64,000 bases of DNA from the NCBI RefSeq assembly GCF_006345805.1, contig NC_043015.1, positions 39,060,001 through 39,124,000 on the forward strand, written 5' to 3'. Shown in pieces: positions 61,722 through 64,000 of the stretch (the first letter of the stretch is position 1; the number at the start of each line of letters is the position of its first letter). The notes below the pieces were generated by a model that was not told where the DNA came from, did no database searches, and saw only the letters and a list, made by a program, of their open reading frames with translations. The position numbers and the translations under genes were made by a program. This DNA is from Octopus sinensis (taxonomy: Eukaryota).

Positions 61722-64000
61722 CACACGCGCACACATGTAAATACATACACGTATTATATATGCATAAAAATACACATACACCCTCACCACAGCATACATA
61801 CCATCATGATTCAGCATCATTGTTCCCACATCCACCTTCTCGGGCTCGCATGAGCCAGGTTGATCTGTCTATGACTGGGTGCTCTTCCAGTTATCAACCC
61901 TCAACTGTCTTCAACCGAGGTAATATTTTCTGTGGCCAGACATTTTCCCCACAGAAGACTGGAAACAGAAAACCTTGCTTGTATGATGATGACCATCATC
62001 ATTGACAACCATGGTGGGCTTCTTTCAGTTTCTGTCTACCAAGCCCACTCACAAGACTTTGGTCAACCCAAGGCTATATATAGTGATAGACACTTGTCCC
62101 CGGTGTCAGGCAGTGGAACTAAACCTGAGACCACATTGTTAGGAAGTAAGCTATTTAACCACACAGCCATACATGTATCTGTGTACGTACACACACACAA
62201 TGTGAGGGCACTGGTTCCAGGTTCAATACACACAAATTCAAATCGCAAGATTGTGGAAAAACTAATGACAGTCATTTAAAGTGCTATTTTATGATGTTAC
62301 TGTTTACTATGAAAACTGAAATAGTTTCATCGTACATCTAGGACTTGACAGGCATTACAAGTGTTTACTATGAAGTGTGAGCTATTTCTCTCAGACATCT
62401 CTCTCGGTCACTGAAATCATTCTAATTGCAGTGGAGTCATATTCAAAACCAAACCTGAAGCTGTCATTTGACTGATTTAATACTGACCAGTGTGTGTCTG
62501 TTAACCTTCATTGTATGTCCACAGGTTGGTGAGAAGCAATTTGGGTGTCTGGTGGTAGGTGGAAATGAATGCATGTGATAGGAATTATACCTGGTGTCAC
62601 ACAATTTGTGACTGGCTGGTGTTGTTAGATGCCTCACAACTTTCAGCAATAATTTCCCCAATGTTCAAACAAGGCTGAACTTTAGATATGGAGTTGTAAT
62701 TCTCTCTCTCTCATACACACTTTAATTCAAAATGTTTAAAATTCAGATAAATTCTTCTTAAAAATTAATTTATGAAACTGTTTTTTTCTGTCCCCCCCCC
62801 CCCAACAAAATATATAAAGTCCAAGAATAACCATCATGTGTTGTCCTGTTAAATATATTCCTAATATCAAACTGTTGATATTCCATATGAACATTAGTTT
62901 GTGATGACCACTTAGTTGTCCGGTATTTCTGTTAAACAGTATTTAAATTGTTACATAGGGGTGATGAATGTGATTTTAAGGGCACTTGTGAATTTACTGG
63001 TGTAATTAATGTTAATTTAAACCCAAGGGAACTTAATTATAGTATTACTTCATCAACATGGCATTTACTTGATAGTGTCGACTTTGAGTCAAGTTTCCAT
63101 GACTACATCACTGTATTGTGAGAACAAACCAAGTGGACCCGTTTGTATTACTGACTAGCAGTATCGCCCGGCGTTGCTCAGGTTTGTAAGGGAAATAACT
63201 ATAAAGCATTTTTAGAGAGTTATAGCCAAAAAATAGCAAAAAAATGGAAAAAAAATGATGGTAAATTTTTTTTGAGAGTTAAAAAAGGTGGAGTTGCGTC
63301 CCCTAGACGGTCTGGGTTTCTGATTCTCGACCCCATGTCGAATTTATCGATTTTTTTCAGAACTGGGGGAACTTTTCAAAATTGTCGCTGCGTTAGTTTT
63401 GAATTATGACATTGGGCTATGTGTGTGTCAAGTTTCATCAGAATCGGTTGAAAGCCGTGGTCAGGGTGAGGGTACGAGAAAACAGACACACAGAAACACG
63501 CACAGACAAACTGCCGTTTATATAGAGAGAGATATTTCTAATGAAGTTGTAGCTAAAATATATCCGGCAAGTTTCAGGTGGTTTAGTTTTATTAATTGTT
63601 TGGTGAGAATTGTGAATTTTGTTTAAATTTGATCAACAACTTCTGCTGCTCTGATTGGAATTCAACATTTAAAGATGCCAATAATTTCTTAGAAATTAGA
63701 ATAGTTTCTCTTTTGAAAAAAGTTGAGCAAAAATATTTTTTTTTCCCCCCTTTTAAATGGTAAAATTTCTCTCTTTTCTTTCGCTTTTTTTCCTTGCTTT
63801 CTGTTGTTGTTTATACATTTTAGTTTTGACTGTGAAATAGTTTGTGAATGAAATATTAAATTTCTATAACGAACAAATAAGAAATAAAGATAAAATAAAC
63901 GAAAAAAAGTAGGAAAAAAAAAAAAATTTCATTTCTTGAAAACAAGACATTTCTTTTAATGATGTCATTGAGAGTTTGGAATATAAATGTCAATGGCTGG

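Overview
AT-rich, microsatellite- and SINE-dense animal DNA. The repeat families look like those of an octopus (inference from memory, not a database result). Two genes are recognisable on the + strand. The first is a complete 8-exon CTP:phosphocholine cytidylyltransferase (PCYT1/CCT; CDS 4174-22447, 373 aa, HSGH motif). The second is the first six coding exons of ATP6AP2 ((pro)renin receptor, a V-ATPase accessory subunit; 35106-44677). Its promoter carries CLEAR/M-box and ETS motifs, and I could not find its last exons in the window. Between the two genes are exon-like ORFs of an unidentified minus-strand gene (30714-30850, 25661-25930) that may share the ATP6AP2 promoter. The rest is tRNA-derived SINEs, RTE and CR1 LINE fragments, a deleted hAT element nested in a SINE, piggyBac- and Tigger-type MITEs, Helitron-like elements, Penelope-like hammerhead motifs and simple repeats. 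The most unusual observations are two large intronic fold-back palindromes built around hammerhead-ribozyme cores, an apparent 4-nt intron slide in PCYT1, and the orphan gene. None amounts to a demonstrated new system; all need checking.
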